A stretch of DNA of 61,933 bases, the filler included. It is 6 parts of 6 records of this genome, joined end to end, with 100 filler letters (N's around TTAATTAATTAA, not from the genome) between each part and the next. Parts side by side here need not be neighbours in the genome. Positions count along the whole stretch, not along the records: positions 51,965 to 61,933 come from SRR2962707_3088; 5 more parts are not named here. One strand, written 5' to 3'. Positions 61,320-61,933 of this stretch are shown here, piece by piece (position 1 is the stretch's first letter; every line of letters starts with the position of its first letter). Under the pieces are notes generated by a model. That model saw only the letters and a program-made list of their open reading frames with translations, did not search any database and was not told where the DNA came from. The position numbers and the translations under genes are program-made.

Positions 61320-61422
61320 AGTGCTTCCAGAAAAGTGGCAACGGTTTTGCGGTTCGGAAACGCGACAACAAGAAGACCTGGAGCGGTTTCAGCGTTTTAA
61401 CGAAACGATAAAACCGCTCTAG
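61317..61422. mobile_element. RIME1/Bru-RS-like miniature intergenic element
   Basis: TAGAG...CTCTAG termini; internal AAAAGTGG..CGGTTTTGCG..CGGAAA.GCGACAA motif; terminal hairpin GAGCGGTTT..AAACCGCTC. Confidence 0.7.
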
Positions 61423-61425
61423 CGC

Positions 61426-61933
61426 TTACCACTCGAAATCGGGCCCATTCTCGCGGGCGCCGAGGAAGAACACGTCGCTCATCAGCTTGAGCGGGGCGGC
61501 GTCGACATCAGATGCGCGGGCGTCGAGCAGATCAGCGAAGCGCTCATAAATGCCGGCATACTCTTCGTCACCATGTTCGAGCACCACCTCGCCATTGATG
61601 CGCAAGGTGCGGCCGCCGCGTTCGAGCTTGAGATCGTCGCCGGTGCCTGTGGTCACCTGAATGGTCCAGATTTCCCCGCTATCTTCAAGCCAGTTGAACC
61701 CCGAAGACATCTCGGGCCGATGCGGTTGTCCGGACTTGAACTGGACCTCCACATCCACAGGCGTCTGCCGGTTGGCGGGGAAGATCAGCCGGGCGTTTTC
61801 GACGAAGACCGGGAACGGCATGATCTTGGTGAAAATCGAATAGGCATTGATACCCGGGTCACACACGCCGAAACCGCCGGGCTCCCAGACCCAGTCCTGG
61901 CCCGGATGCCATTTGCGCACGCTTTCGCGCCAA
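61426..61933 (-). CDS. Gfo/Idh/MocA sugar dehydrogenase (galactose/arabinose 1-dehydrogenase-like), 5'-truncated
   Basis: WRESVRKWHPGQDWVWEPGGFGVCDPGINA, EYAGIYERF. Confidence 0.85.
   Translation of the reverse strand, partial: WRESVRKWHPGQDWVWEPGGFGVCDPGINAYSIFTKIMPFPVFVENARLIFPANRQTPVDVEVQFKSGQPHRPEMSSGFNWLEDSGEIWTIQVTTGTGDDLKLERGGRTLRINGEVVLEHGDEEYAGIYERFADLLDARASDVDAAPLKLMSDVFFLGARENGPDFEW

Overview
This window is not one locus. It is six unrelated contigs joined by 100-nt spacers (N44-TTAATTAATTAA-N44), typical of a concatenated marine metagenome assembly; taxonomic labels below are from recalled protein similarity only. (1) 1-6668, Alcanivorax-like gammaproteobacterium: SAM methyltransferase, SMI1/KNR4 protein, 1-Cys peroxiredoxin, TGL/SDP1-type patatin lipase, SIMPL protein, partial Mrp/ApbC. 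(2) 6769-15905, a eukaryotic (protist-like) contig with an apparently complete intron-rich VPS15/PIK3R4 gene on the minus strand. (3) 16006-23572 and (4) 23673-38784, Rhodobacteraceae: GcvT-family dehydrogenase, mcd, pckA, lolDE, two aminotransferases, MsbA-like exporter, ygfZ, efp, pcm-tolC-(popZ-like), an EcfG-type stress cassette and a truncated tRNA-Cys. Both contigs carry the same 4x11-bp GTATGG phased repeat. (5) 38885-51864, Marinobacter-like: ychF followed by the end of an NRPS siderophore cluster (terminal T-E-TE, TonB receptor, FhuBCDF, MbtH, SyrP-like hydroxylase, IucB-type acyltransferase, PPTase, Fur boxes). (6) 51965-61933, Devosia-like alphaproteobacterium: lepA 3' end, a lower-GC PD-(D/E)xK nuclease-NACHT gene (candidate anti-phage NLR-like system) embedded among structured repeats with compensatory base changes, then an rpoE-chrR locus with furan-fatty-acid-type genes and two exact sigma-E promoters. 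The best candidates for something new are the nuclease-NACHT island with its covarying repeats, the popZ-like gene lacking its N-terminal helix, and the 11-bp phased GTATGG motif.
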